A stretch of DNA of 64,000 nucleotides from Octopus vulgaris (GCA_951406725.2 OX597822.1:57722001-57786000); one strand, 5' to 3'; shown: positions 14,369-27,946, counted from the first letter of the stretch. Notes: generated by a model not told the origin, from the letters alone. Numbers and translations: made by a program.

Positions 14369-14728
14369 TTCTTAAGTTCTTTAGGGTAACAGAAAAGATT
14401 TATGTCTAACTGAGTTATTTCCCTTATGCAGTTTAAAAAAAGCTCTGTGTGTGAGCGCGCGCGCATGTACTTGTGTACATGCGTGCATGCATGATAGATT
14501 CAGGTGTAGCTATAGGCACAGGTGTAGGTAATATACAGAGGCATGGCCATGTGGTTATGTAGTTACAAAGCTTGCTTCCCAGCCACAGGTTGCAAGTTCA
14601 GTTTCACTGATTGGCACCTTGGGCAAGTGTCTGGTATAGCCCTGAGCAAACCATCTATTGACATACTTACGTACCTATTTACTTACTTACCTACAGAACT
14701 GAATATATAAGTCATCAAAAGAACTTAC

Positions 14729-14827
14729 CTTATTCCTTATAGTTATATCTACGCCGTGTTCAACAAGCCGTTTCACAACCTTCAGGTGACCAAATAAAGC
14801 AGCAGCATGGAGGACAGTTTCACCATT
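14729..14827 (-). CDS. ANKRD29: ANKRD29-like exon (NGETVLHAAALFGHLKVVKRLVEHGVDITIRNK)
   Basis: 99 nt, ctgcag acceptor, gtaagt donor. Ankyrin consensus ending in RNK. Confidence 0.92.
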
Positions 14828-15402
14828 CTGCAGAGAGAACAATATGAAGGTAAGCTAAATAACAATAGTGCAAATTTGTAGTGGTGGTGGTGGTGGTGGT
14901 AGTAGTACTAGTAGCAGCAGCAGCAGTGACATTTGACAAAATACATTGTGGTATTTGGTTATGTTATTTTATGTTCTGACATCAAATCTCATCTGGGTCT
15001 CTTTTGCCTTTCATCCTTCCAAGGCTGGCAAAAATAAGTACTGAGAGGGGATTGAAGTAACTGACAATATTCTTGAACACAGGAATAAAAGAATATATGT
15101 GCATGCTCAACATGAACAAGGGCTCTTCCTCTATTTTCTTACTCTACATCAGTGGCTCTTAACCTGGGTGGTAGCACCCTCTTGAAGAGTGTTGTATGCT
15201 CATAAGAGGCAGCAAATATCACAGGTACTACAGGGGATTTTGGGTGTTTAGAGGATTCATGATTTTTGTAAGAAATAGCACATTTAAATCAAGTAAAATA
15301 TTTATATTTGAAATACATTTTCAAAAAAAAAAATTTCATTAGAATTAGATTATGAGTAGAACATTGTTCTCAGTAGTAGTAGAAGTGGTGGTGGTGGTGG
15401 TG

Positions 15403-15438
<36 letters not shown>

Positions 15439-16640
15439 GTATGGGGTCATGCACTGTAAGTGTGCTGCTGCATCCACCATTTGTTGGTGATTCCCTACTA
15501 TTCTTGGCAGATGATATCTCTGCACCATTCAGACAACAGCCCTTTAACCCATGGGTTTGTTTGGGTAGTCATCGCTGGTGAGGGTTTTACAAGGTCAGAG
15601 TGCAAAGCCCACCCCAACCACTTTTGGTCACCCTTCACAGCACACAGAGAAAACAGGTCTATTCTCTGGCATGCTGGTCCCCACACAGCGCTAGAGCAAC
15701 ATGAAAAGAAGTGTTTTGCTCAAGAACACAACATGCTTCCCAATCCAGAAATTGAACCCATGATCTAGCAATCATGAGTGCAACACCCTAACCACTGCAC
15801 TACATGATATCAATGATATAACAAAGTAAATATCTATGGTTTTTGGAAGGCAGAGAAGTTGATGTTGTTAGCATTACCTCCCTCATATTCAGTGGGAAAA
15901 GGATTCACAGCATGGTAGCTAAATAGCAAAATATATTGCTGCCTTCTGAAGTAATCTCCATAAAAATTTAACATAGCAGATACTAATCCACATAAATAAC
16001 TTAAAAAGCAGCACCTACTGTATGAAATAGTATAAGGAAATATGGATAATAAATCATGGTGCAAAATTAGCTTTTATTAACATAAACTAGTAAGATATTT
16101 TTCTCCTTTTAATAATATAATAATATATAATAATAAAACATTGTGTACAGTGCTCAGGTGCACTACAACTCATCTAAAGTGTATGTATAGTACATAGGGT
16201 AATGTACAAGCGTCAGGAAAAGAACAGTGCATGAGTCATGACATGACATACACATGTGTATGAGTATGGAAGGGGGACAATCAGGTGTAGTTTCGGCGGA
16301 TTTCGGAAAGCATGAGGGCCTTAAAGGATGCCTTTTGGTTTTGGTTTTTGCAAAACAGCAAGCAGGAAAGATATTTGTAAAAATGCATTCAGTAAAAGTG
16401 GGTGCTGAACTGTAAAGTTGCCAAAATAAACAAGCACCAGCTATATACTGGGGTCAAGTTAACTAACTAACCATATCCCCCTTTTTATAAATGCATATGG
16501 TGAATGAAGACAGAAATATTCATCCCCAGCTCATTTTTTAACCAAAGCATCCAGATTATTAAAATAGCAAAGGAAAAACAAAGAGGGTTAGAAGACTAAT
16601 GTTGAAAGAAACAGTGACCAGATAGGAAACAGAAACTTAC

Positions 16641-16736
16641 AGGTAAAAGTCCAAGGTTACAATTATTCTTCAATAGTTCTTCAATAACATCAAGGTGACC
16701 TTTATGGCATGCCTTAAACAATGGGGTTGCTCCATC
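16641..16736 (-). CDS. ANKRD29: ANKRD29-like exon (DGATPLFKACHKGHLDVIEELLKNNCNLGLLP)
   Basis: 96 nt, tttcag acceptor, gtaagt donor. A 32-aa repeat, as in recalled human DGTTALLKAANKGYNDVIKELLKFSPTLGILK. Confidence 0.92.
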
Positions 16737-17440
16737 CTGAAAATATAAGAAATTTCAATTATAATGTGAAGTCATGAAGCATAGACCCTTCAGCATGTAG
16801 ATTACTCTGTGAAATGTAATCCTTATTTATTCTCATTGTTTTGAATTAATCATGCCTTATCTTAGAGCTTTGAGAGTTAGATGATTGATTGATTGTTTTT
16901 AGGATAGGTGTGGGAGGCTGGATCTGACCAGTTTGAACATAAAACATGTAGAATATTTCGATTGAATAAGGATGGTTTAAATGCTAAATGGTAAAGGTGA
17001 CAAACTACTGACAATAATGATACCGCTGCTGTGCTTGTTGATGTTTAGCCCCAGGTCAGCCCCGATTGAGCAAATCAAAAATATCCCAGCCGTCACCATC
17101 CTCTTTCATATTTTTTTTTTTTTTTTTTGCAGACATACTCTGTTTAGAAGTACATGGACTAATGTTTCATCCTTCCTTTTTAATTAAAGCAGTTGGATGC
17201 AATTTGAAAAAAGTTTGGCTGCTTGAACAACAACATAGGGGTTGCATCAGTGATAATACATGATGTCAACAGATGTTGTGACATTAAGACTGAGACCATG
17301 CTTAGTTACAAGGTGCATAGCGATAATATTTATATCTGTTGATGATTATGTAGTGTTAGGGTCCTTTTGTATCATAACAAATGCTGATAACTTTGATTAT
17401 GTTCACAACATTTTCCACAAGATTATATTATAAAGTTCTA

Positions 17441-18386
17441 GAAGGTTGTTCAACAGACCATTGATTACAATCTCAGAAAGTCCATGAGATCAATTGCAAA
17501 AGATCTCCTTGTGCCAGAAGGAACAGTCAGAAATGTTGTCCATGAAGACATCAGATATAAGTCTTATATAATGAGGAAAGGTCAATTTGGCAAAAAAAGC
17601 AAAAGAAAATGACTACATGAGATCTAAAAGGTTCTTAGACAAACTGAAAAATCCAACAGAAGAAGATTTGATTTGGTTTTTCACAAACAAGAAAAACTTT
17701 AACCAAGATCAAAAAGTTAACAGAAGAAATGACAGATGGTTGTATGCAGATCCTTCTAAAGTTCCAAGTGCTATGCATACAAAATTTCCTGCAACTGTCA
17801 TGGATTTAGGGGTTGTCAGCAATGAAGGACATGTGATGCCGCCTTACTTCTCACCACAAGGCCTTAGAGTTAACTCTGCCACCTACATTGAGGTCCTGGA
17901 AATAATTGTTAAGCCCTGGATAGACTGTGTATGTAACGGAAGGCCATATGTGTTTCAGTAAGACTCTGCACTATTACACATGGCTCTAGTAACACAGGAA
18001 TGGACGGCTGAAAATTTTCATGATCACATAACCTCTAACATTTGGCCTAATTCCCTAGATCTCAATTCATTGGACTATTACATGTGGAGCATAGTTGAGA
18101 GAGAGGTTGATGAACATGCTCATAACACCAAAGATTGTTTGAAAGTTGCCATAGTCAGAGTAATGTCCAAAATGAACCAGGACCACTTGATTCGAGCATG
18201 TAGATGATTTAGATCTCATATAGAAGCAGTTGTTGGAGCTGAAGGTGGCTTTATTGAATAACATTATAGAAAAGAAGGTTTATTTTTATGCTCAAAGCAT
18301 TTTTTGATAAATAAAGTTATTATCTGTTATTATATATCTGTTTCTTTATAAACATAAATCTGTCCTCAGATATCTTGCACACCCTG
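17441..18386 (+). mobile_element. Tc1/mariner (maT / DD37D-like) transposase pseudogene, 5'-truncated
   Basis: HTH-like RKSMRSIAKDL...TVRNVVHEDI, decayed F(S)(D)EKNF, YVFQ*DSA, WP-NSLDLNSLDYYMW. There are 36 residues between the 2nd and 3rd D, with one P apparently lost from WPPNSPDLNPLD. Right end is caccctg followed by TA. Confidence 0.85.
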
Positions 18387-18567
18387 TATATTAATGCAGT
18401 AGTGTGGTTTAGAAGTTCACTTCATAAAACTGTGGTTCCAGTTGCAATTTCACTATGCAGCATTTCAAAGAAGTGTTTTCTTCCACAGCCCTGAGTTGAT
18501 AGATAAGTAATTAACAAATGAAATTTAATAGAAAATGTGCATAAAATTACCTTTACCATAACAAATA

Positions 18568-19135
18568 TAAGGTTGTCCGGAAAGTCTGTGCTGATTTTTA
18601 AAGGAGAGAAAAAGGTCAATAAATACTTGCCGTTACATTTTTAATCAACCAAATATGAACCATTTTGTTGCACAATGCATCTCCATCTTTCCTTTAACTT
18701 GAAAATACCCTCTTCCCAGAATTGAGGTGGTTTCATGGCAAAGAATTCATCAAGGTATCTTTTTACGTCATCCAAAGAATTGAAATATTTATACCATTAA
18801 GACTATTCTGCAGAGACCTGAATAAGTGGAAATCCAAAGGAGCAATATCTGGTGAATATGGTGGGTGGGGTAACACATCCCAGCGGAGCTGCAGCAATTT
18901 TTGTCTGGTTCCCAAAGCATCGAGTGCCGAAAATGAAGTTTCTTATCTTCCATTTTAAAGGGTTACAGAATTAACACATGTTATAGAAACATAAATGTTC
19001 TTCCACAAAAAGACAGCTTAAACTATGCTCTAAATGGAAGTGTAGTCAAATCCTATTTTACGGAGTCAACCATGTTCTAAAATAAGTCAAAAGGTAAGCT
19101 ACTATAAATCGGCACAAACTTTCCAGACAACCCAA
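18568..19135 (-). mobile_element. Internally deleted mariner element (568 bp)
   Basis: About 28-bp imperfect TIRs (ggttgtccggaaagtctgtgctgattt / aaatcggcacaaactttccagacaaccc) with TA on both sides. Start MEDKKLHFRH is fused to the C-terminus WDVLPHPPYSPDIAPLDFHLFRSLQN...KLKERWRCIVQQNGSY. Confidence 0.9.
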
Positions 19136-19199
19136 TATAAGCCATTATTAAGAGATTAATCAACAGTGTTGAAACTGAAATTTTATGGTGTCTCATTAC

Positions 19200-19298
19200 C
19201 TCTCGGGTGGAATCAATCTCGGCTCCATTTTCAAGCAGTTCTCGGGCAATCATTGCATGTCCCATCTGAGATGCAATCCATAATGGACTGGCTTGGTC
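19200..19298 (-). CDS. ANKRD29: ANKRD29-like exon (DQASPLWIASQMGHAMIARELLENGAEIDSTRE)
   Basis: 99 nt, ttttag acceptor, gtaatg donor. The PLWIASQMGH motif is identical to recalled vertebrate ANKRD29. Confidence 0.93.
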
Positions 19299-19589
19299 CT
19301 AAAAAAAAGAAGATAGCTATTATTTACACACTCAAATAGAAGTTTAACATGATGAGACAATTAAAACTATTTAACTATTTCATACACACACACACAATAC
19401 ACACATAGTTTTTAGTTAAGGTTTGTAACATCTGATGTCACATGAAGAATCTAAGTTTTAGCTTGAAACTTGAGAAATACTTATAACTCAGAGTATATAT
19501 GATAACTCTCTAAATATTTCATGTATTCCCTGATTGATTTCTAAGATGTTGTGTTATCTTCAATTACTAACATATTGCTGTTGTTTGTT

Positions 19590-19883
19590 CCTTCTCAAGC
19601 CACGCCTGGCTCATAAGGGCCGGTTTCTCAGTTTCATTGGTGTATAGGTTCCCCACCTGGACAGGACGCTGGTCTGTCACAGGTGAGCTGCTAAATGCAA
19701 GAGGAAAGAGTGAGAGAAAGTTGTGGCGAAAGAGTCAGCAGAAGTTCACCATTGCCTTCTACCAGAGATGTGTGGAGCTTAGGTGTTTCACTCATAAACA
19801 CACACAACGCCCGGTCTGAGATTCGAACCAGCAATCCCTCAACCACAAGTCTGCTGCTCTAGCGACTAGGCCATGTGCCTCCA
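19590..19883 (-). mobile_element. Second copy of the V-domain-like SINE
   Basis: Colinear similarity to 22915-23217. B box ggttcgaatc on the minus strand. Confidence 0.7.
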
Positions 19884-20348
19884 CAATTATTAATATACTC
19901 GACTATAATCAGAAGAAAGCTATTCAGATGATAAGCTCACTGAAGTTTTACAGGAAGCTTTTAGTTCTGTCATACTGCATCCTGGGTTCAAAACCTGACT
20001 CACAATGGACATATGAATCCTACCCCAGCTGAATCAAGTTATTTGAGCCACTATCAACAGCTGAAGTCCTGAGTCAACATATGAGACTGACTGTCAATGT
20101 AAAAAGTTTATATTTTGTTTTTGCTTATTCACTCACTTCTGATCTCTCTCTCTCTCTCTCTCTCTCTTGTTTCGTAAAAGATGGAAGTCTATAGCAAGTA
20201 TGTTGCGAGTGAAAGAACCTGTTTAAATTTTAATTTAAACCTGTATATATTTTAATTGTTTGTTTATTCATATGTTTCGTCTCATTCGATACCCTGACCC
20301 CAATGTTTGTTTTGTCCCCTCTTTTTCTCAACCTTATGGTGAATAAAG

Positions 20349-20353
<5 letters not shown>

Positions 20354-20413
<60 letters not shown>
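20354..20413. repeat. (CT)n microsatellite
   Basis: Direct reading. Confidence 0.95.
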
Positions 20414-20416
<3 letters not shown>

Positions 20417-20568
20417 ATATGCAGGCATGCTTGTGCAGTTAAAGCATTTACTTTACAACCATGTAGTTTTGAGTTTTAACCCATGTATGGTACCATGGGT
20501 GTCTTCTACTCGTCCCAGGCTGATCATAGCTTTGTGAGACAAATTTGGTATGTGGAAATGATGTGTGA

Positions 20569-20599
<31 letters not shown>

Positions 20600-21174
20600 T
20601 ATGTTTTTTGCTGATGTATTTCAATGAAAGATGTAAACATCAGTGAGGAAACTGATGGATTGGCACTTTCGAACTAAAACAGCCCATAGTATTTGCCTTA
20701 TTTTCACAGATTTTCTTCAGCAGGGTGAGCAGCAGAAGTGTTAATGTCACCCCACCACCTGCTGAAGAGGATTGGCATGCAACAGCCCTGTGCTGGTGCC
20801 ACATAGAAAGCACCTGGTGCCACATAAGAAGCACCCATGTCAGCCCCACATAATAGCACCTGTGCCAGTGCCATGTAAAAACACCTAGTACACTCTGTAA
20901 AGTGGTTGGCACTAGGAAAGCAACCAGCCATAGAAACCAAGCCAAAACAGACAATTGGAGCCTGGTTCAGCTCTCTGGCTGGACACCTTCTGTCAAACCA
21001 TCCAACCCATGCCATCATGGAAAAATGGCATTAAAGGATGTTGATGATGGTCCCCAGGTCACTCTCATTATGGTAGTGGACCTGTGGTTGACTTGTTGAA
21101 AACCTATAACCATTGATGGTTATAGGTTATCACAAAACATGATATAAAATAAACAAATAGATAAATATAAATAC

Positions 21175-21372
21175 CTTTCGTTTTATATTTACATCGGCCC
21201 CTTTCGATAACAAATATTTCAACATTTTTACGTGACCATTTTGAGCAGCTATAAATAAAGAGGTGGCGCCATCAACCATCTGTGCATGGATATCAGCTCC
21301 TCTCAATAATAATTCTTCAACAACATCTAAGTGGTTACATTGGCAAGCAACAAACAGAGGGGTACCACCATC
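21175..21372 (-). CDS. ANKRD29: ANKRD29-like exon with two ankyrin repeats (DGGTPLFVACQCNHLDVVEELLLRGADIHAQMVDGATSLFIAAQNGHVKMLKYLLSKGADVNIKRK)
   Basis: 198 nt open frame, tttcag acceptor, gtattt donor, phase 0/0. Confidence 0.92.
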
Positions 21373-21589
21373 CTGAAATTGGAATTTAAAAAAGAAAAAG
21401 AAACAAAAATGTAGAGTAGGTCAACTTACAAAAATATCCTGTGCAATGGGAGAACGGACATTCTATATGGCAAATATCCAATAAAATAAACCACCACCAA
21501 AATTTCAGGCTTTGTGCCTATGGTAGAAAGGATTATTATAATAATTACTATCATTATTATCATCATCATTATTATTATTATTAATGCAG

Positions 21590-22597
21590 CAGAAATGTTA
21601 CCATGCTGGGCAAAATGCATACCAACATTTTGTCCACCTTTACATTATGAGTTCAGATTCCATCAAAACTGACTCTGCCTTTCATCTTTTCGGGGTCGAT
21701 AAAATAAGTACTAGTTATGCACTGAGGTTGATGTAATTGACTTATCCCATACCCTAAAATTGCAGGCCAAAATTTGAAATCATTCTTCTTCTTCTCCTCC
21801 ACCTCATCATCATCATCGTCATCGTCACAGTCGTCATCATTGTCGTCATCGTCATCATTATTATTATTATTAAGGGGGCAAGCTGGCAGAATCATTAGCA
21901 TGCCTTGATGGAATTTGAACTCAGAACATAGTGACAGGCGAAATACCACCAAGTATTTTGCCTGTCACTATGTTCTGAGTTCAAATTCCATCGAGGTCAA
22001 TTTTGCCTTTCATCCTTTTGGGGTCGATAAAATAAGCACCAGTGAAACACTGGGGTCAATATAATCAACTAGTCCCCTCCCACCAAATTTGAAACCTTGT
22101 GCTTCCAGTAGAAAGGATTATTATTATTATTATTAATATTAATATTAAGGGCAGTGGGCTGGCAGAATTGTTAGCATGCCAGGCAAAATACTTTGCGGTA
22201 TTTCATCTGTCACCACATTCTGAGTTCAAATTCCACCGAGATCAACTTTGCCTTTCATCCTTTCGGGGTCAATATATTAAGTACCAGTTGAGCACTGGGG
22301 TTGATGTAATCGACTATCCCCCTTCCCCAAATTTCAGGCCTTGTGCCTATAGTAAAAAAAGGATTATTATTATTAAGGGTGGTGAGCTGACAGAATCATT
22401 AGCACATCGGGTGAAAAGCTCAATGGTATTTCAGCTGTTGCTACATTCTGAATTCAAATTCTGCTGAGGTCAACTTTGCCTTTCATCCTTTTGGGGTCGA
22501 TAAATTAAGTACCATTCAAGTACTGGGGTCGACGTAATCAACTATCCCCCTCCCCACAAATTTCAGGCCTTGTGCCTATAGTAGAAAGTATTATTAT
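21590..22597 (+). mobile_element. Head-to-tail array of 4 copies of the same SINE family
   Basis: Units at about 21590, 21873, 22148 and 22376: ggc.agctggcagaatc...gagttcaaattcc (B box)...gcctttcatcc...aggccttgtgcc-(ATT)n. Further solo copies near 3197, 34160, 50480, 56473, 58215, 59188, 59752, 60107, 62560. Confidence 0.88.
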
Positions 22598-22600
22598 AAT

Positions 22601-22639
<39 letters not shown>

Positions 22640-22914
22640 AAGCATAAGGCCTGAAATTTCGGAGAGAGGGATAATCAATTACATCAACTGGAGTTGATGT
22701 AATCAGCTGGTACATATTTTACCAACCCTCAGAAGGATGAAGGGAAAAGTTGACCTTGTCCAATGTTCTGTAGAGTGGGACTGAACCTGAAACCCCACAG
22801 TTAGGAAGCAAACTTCTGAATCATACAGCCATACCTACATCTTCATGAATAAAATATTATTATTCTTGTTTAAAGAGATTTGATCATTGTTGAATTTCAT
22901 TTATTTTTATTTAT

Positions 22915-23217
22915 GCGCCCTTTTCAAGCCTAGCCAGGCTCATGGGCCCGGTTTCCTGGTTTCTACGGCGTATGTGTTGCCCCCAGCTGGACGGGACGCC
23001 AGTCCATCGCAACGTTACTAAAAAAAACAGGAAGAAAGAATGAGAGAAAGTTGGGGCGAAAGAGTACAACAGGGGTTGCCACCAACCCCTGCCAGAGCCT
23101 CGTGGAGCTTTAGGTGTTTTCGCTCAATAAACACACACAACACCTGGTCTGGGAATCAAAGCCGCGATCCTCTGACCACGAGTCCACTGCCCTAACCACT
23201 GGACCATTGCATCTCCA
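22915..23217 (-). mobile_element. tRNA-derived SINE with V-domain-like segment
   Basis: Minus-strand tRNA-like head (tggtccagtggttagg...gctttgattccc) and gcgatggactggcgtcccgtccag. Confidence 0.7.
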
Positions 23218-23803
23218 TACCAATAAATTATTTCAGGTTGACAATTTCAGTTCAAAATATTGATTTCCTATACATTTAGTATTCCTTAACAAACTGTTTT
23301 CTCTTTTTTCTTTACCTGCTTTTCTGCCCACACATGTAGGAAAGAACTTCAGTGCCTTACTAAAAAGCAGTTCTCATTCATTGCTTCTTAGGATAGCAGT
23401 CCCAACATGCTGCTTAGTTTAACATAACCACCAGGAATCAAGATTTTGAGTGCTTTTAGCAAAATTTACATTGTTTCAAGCATCTGGGTCAGACACCTGG
23501 TCTCCACCCCTGTTTGTTTTGTGGATATTGACCTGCAGATGTTCAGGTTAGGCTTCAGTGGGATCATTCTCACCAGTCTGAGAGTGTGATGAGCAAAAAT
23601 CTAAGGTCCATTCCACCTGGCTTAGTTCATTCCTCCTGCCTAAGCCATAAAACAAAACTTAGAATTGAAACAAACAGCATAGAAATTAAATTCAGGTTGT
23701 ACCATCTAGAACTTTCCACCATACATTACCACATGACACAACACCAGACTATTCTGCCATGGCTATCCATATAAATATGATCTATAAAACAAAAAATACT
23801 TAC

Positions 23804-23902
23804 AAAACTAGCCAAATCTACTGGTGCACCACTTTCCAGTAAGACTTTCACAATATCCAAGAAACCACCTTGAGCAGCAAAAAACAAAGCACAGGTGCCA
23901 GT
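23804..23902 (-). CDS. ANKRD29: ANKRD29-like exon (TGTCALFFAAQGGFLDIVKVLLESGAPVDLASF)
   Basis: 99 nt, tttcag acceptor, gtaagt donor. Ankyrin consensus. Lies within ORF 23726..23941. Confidence 0.92.
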
Positions 23903-24916
23903 CTGAAAATAAATGAAAATAAAAGGATCAGAAAATAGCATTATTTATTTTAAGCAATTTACCATTTTTGCATGGTGAGAATGGAGCAATTGTTGTGATT
24001 CAAGCAAGTTGATCCAGCAAGTCTATGATTAAAAATGTTCTGGCTGTGATGTTTTTTGCAGTCATAGTTTATCTTAGGCTAAACCATCAAACATGTCTTT
24101 ATATTTTAAAGTCTTTCATGGATATATTTCTTATGAAATACAGTTTTTTACCATCTCCAATCTACGGGCTGTGGCCATGCTGGAGCACCACCATTACTGT
24201 TGCTATGGTTGATCTTGGATGATATCCTTATTTGTATTTCTTGCCACAGCAGAGTTTGTCTGGGATCACAGGTAATAGAACAACTTGGTGTTTCATGAAT
24301 ACATTTCAGAATGCACTTTCTTGAATACACTGTAAATGTGCTTTAATTAATTTTTTTAAATAATCAAAACTTATTAAAGTTAGTACTTGGAACATAACAT
24401 CACAAAAGGTTCTTATATAAAATCATGATGGAAGGGTGAAATTTGAATATTAACACTTTAATGCAAAGGGCCTTGTTTAAAAATCAGAGACACCCTCAAG
24501 AAGATTAGAAGGGTGTGATTTGAGGAAGATTCGGTTGATATTTGCAGCAAGCTGAGCAACACAGTAGCTCCATCGATGGTTTGATTGTAGAAGTTCACAT
24601 TACAATTGGCTGCTCTTCCTGCTACTGACTATTCAACTGTGAAGTTGAGTAAAAAATGAAGCAAGCAGTGTTATGTGCTTTTTTTTTTTTTATTCAAGGG
24701 CAGTTGTAGGGTTTAAAGCAGTCATGGGTAACCTGCAGTAAGCAGGACTTTCTGAATGGCACACTTATTGCCCTTGCCTAGTTTAAAGTCTTAACTATTA
24801 AGTCAACAGTTCAACAATTTAACTTCATTCGGATTTTTCTAGTCACAGGCTGAAACATGAGTGTGTCTGTGTGCACGCGTATGCATGCATGGATGACAGT
24901 CTATGTGTGTGTATGA

Positions 24917-24969
<53 letters not shown>

Positions 24970-27213
24970 CCCACACACAATGTCTGAACTTGCTATTTAT
25001 AAACATACATTACTGTTATGAAGAAATTATAGAATTTAGTACTTTTCTTGTCAAACTTAACATCTACCATTCCTTAAGTAGCCGCTGATGTCATCACATT
25101 CAATTCCTTCTCCCTTGCCTAGCAACTAATTTTGTTCTAAGTACAAAGTAACTCAACTTGCAACTTTACAGATATTGAAGTTTTTTTTAATTTCAGGGGA
25201 TGAACTCTAAGATAGTTTGAAGGACAAGAACAGCTGATTCAATTGACCCCTTCATTAGTAATTACTTTATCATCCTTATGAATAAATAATATTACAAACC
25301 TTATATTGATATCTGATGGTAGGTATTTACACAGAAAATGCACAGATGATGTGAGTTACATATAAATTATATAAATATTCGATAATGACATTTGCTTTAC
25401 TTAGTATTCAACAAACCTGCATTATTTACATTATTTACATTACATTCCTCATCTCTTAAATATAGAACTGTATAAATCTGCATTATATTAAATATCTGCT
25501 TACATTTTCAAAATATTAGTCCTTCTCATACTTACTTAGACATTAAACCTATACCTCTCTACATTATTTCATCAAAGCCAAAAACACTTCACAGTTTGTG
25601 AAGTTTTTTCGGCTTTAATAAAAGAGTATTTTAGTCTACCTTTGGAATTCAAGTACTATTTTCCCACCTTGTTTAGCACCTATGTACTTACTTATATGTG
25701 TGTTGTGTGCACATGCATGTGCATGTGTGTGTGTGTGTGTAACCCAATAATTCTGCATGTGTCTACATACATCAATAATTCATGTTTGTTTTTTCCCATT
25801 CATTTTAATCCTTTCCAATGTTATCACAAAGAAATATTTTTATGATAGTCTTTTATGGGTTTTTTTTCTTTGTCTTTTTTTTAGTTCTATTCTTCCTTTA
25901 CAGCTTTTGTTTATCATTTTTGAAATTTGAATCTATTTACCTCTTTTGAGGCATATGACAATGGAGTGCCAAATCCTGGATATGACTTTAACCTGTATCC
26001 AGTAGTGGGTCTTTGGTTCAGGTGTTTCAAGACTTTTGACAAGAGTAGAACCACCTCTTAGACATTATTGTTCCTAGGTCTCCTCTGACCCAGAGTAATG
26101 ACACCTGCCAGGGTCCTGGCCATGAGTTAGATAGCATGTAACTATGCAAGCCTGGTTACGTTAATATCATGTGATGCAGCAGGATGTGGATTTTTCAGCA
26201 AATGAACTTATCGAATCAATGATAAATATAGACCAGATGCTCGGCAGATGAACAAATAATAAAGTTTCAATGGCCAATTCAGTTAGCAAACCACTGCTTT
26301 CATTTATAGTCGTGATTTGTGCAGATGAGATATTTCAGCTAGTGAAAGACCAATGTGACTAAAATCCAAGCCAGAGGTTCATGCTGCATTGTTTGATTGG
26401 GATATCTGACATGGGCAAGTTTCCCAACCAGATGATGTTGGCTGAGTTGTAAAATATGAACTCGTCTGACAACCCAATATATCTTTCTACATACAAATCA
26501 ATTCTATATCTCTCTATGTACACCAATCATTCCACATTGCCTACATATACCAATAATTATACATCTCTCTTCACATGCCTATAACTTTATTTTGTTCACA
26601 ACATAAGTCAATAATTCTACATCCCTCTACAGAACCCAGTAATTCTATACCTGTCTACATGAAGAAAGTAATCTTAGACCTTTCAAACTCACTTAAAATT
26701 CAACCCTAACAGTATCTAGATTACAACCTCTCTGTCAGAAGTTAGTGTTATGGGTGTGTGCATAAGGGGAGGAATTATTCACACACACAAAATGTCCCAC
26801 AACTCTTCATAACCCTTACTGGATTGTTACAAATCACTGAAAAGTTATTCAATGAAGAAATTTTAAATAGACATTCACATCTACTTATTTTGACATTTTT
26901 TAAATTAAGAAGGCTATAGCCACTTCATCCACATATTGGTTTTTTTTTAACTAATCAGAAATTTTAGGTAAAACAAGTAGTCTGTGAGCCCTTGTCTTTT
27001 GTATGTTAACCAGAACACATGATCACATTAGATCCATCTTTATGTGTGTTATTTTAGCTATCAGAAATTTTATCAATTCAGAAGCTTGTTGCATGTGGAG
27101 CCTAGATTTGACTTAAGGAAGGTGAAAATTCACTGCCATCTTTCTTCTCTTATCTCACTTGACATCAGACATGTCTCCTTTTCTAATGTTTGCAATTATG
27201 ACTAAGCTATCTG

Positions 27214-27248
<35 letters not shown>

Positions 27249-27894
27249 AACCAAATTAATTTCTCAACTAAAACCAACTCCTACTAGTTTAAAACACAAA
27301 CTATTTACGTTCATTTGTTGCTGCTGATCACAAACTCATATTTGACTTTACAACATAAAAAAAACATATTTTGAAATATTTATTTCTACAATATAAATTA
27401 TCTAATTGACTTTTCGATGTACATTTTCACAAACACACATAAACTTTGCCTTGGTTGATTATCGGAAATAAAGATTTTTTTTATTTTTAGTTTTTCTGCT
27501 GTGTTTTAAACTCCTGCATTCTTGTTGTATTCTTGGCTCTGAATTTCGTTCTATTTTGACCTGTATTGACAAACCATGTGCTATGTAATTAATATTGCAT
27601 TACACTATCAATAAGATCTGTCAAACTCTATTACTGTTGGTATTTAGGAAACAAAAGGAAAAATTATAAACAGCAAATTATTGTTGTTACATCGACAAAC
27701 AATCTTTTATTATCTTAAAAAGTCATTAGCATCATAACTCCCCATTTCCTGTTGTTCTGAAATCAATTTGGTTAATTATTCACTAATGGGACTGATAATG
27801 TACAACCAAACAGAAACCAAAAAACACAGACATTTGATGTTCTGTTCATTTTCTCTCTCCCCCCTCTCTCTCTCTCTTTCTCTCTCTCTCACTG

Positions 27895-27946
<52 letters not shown>

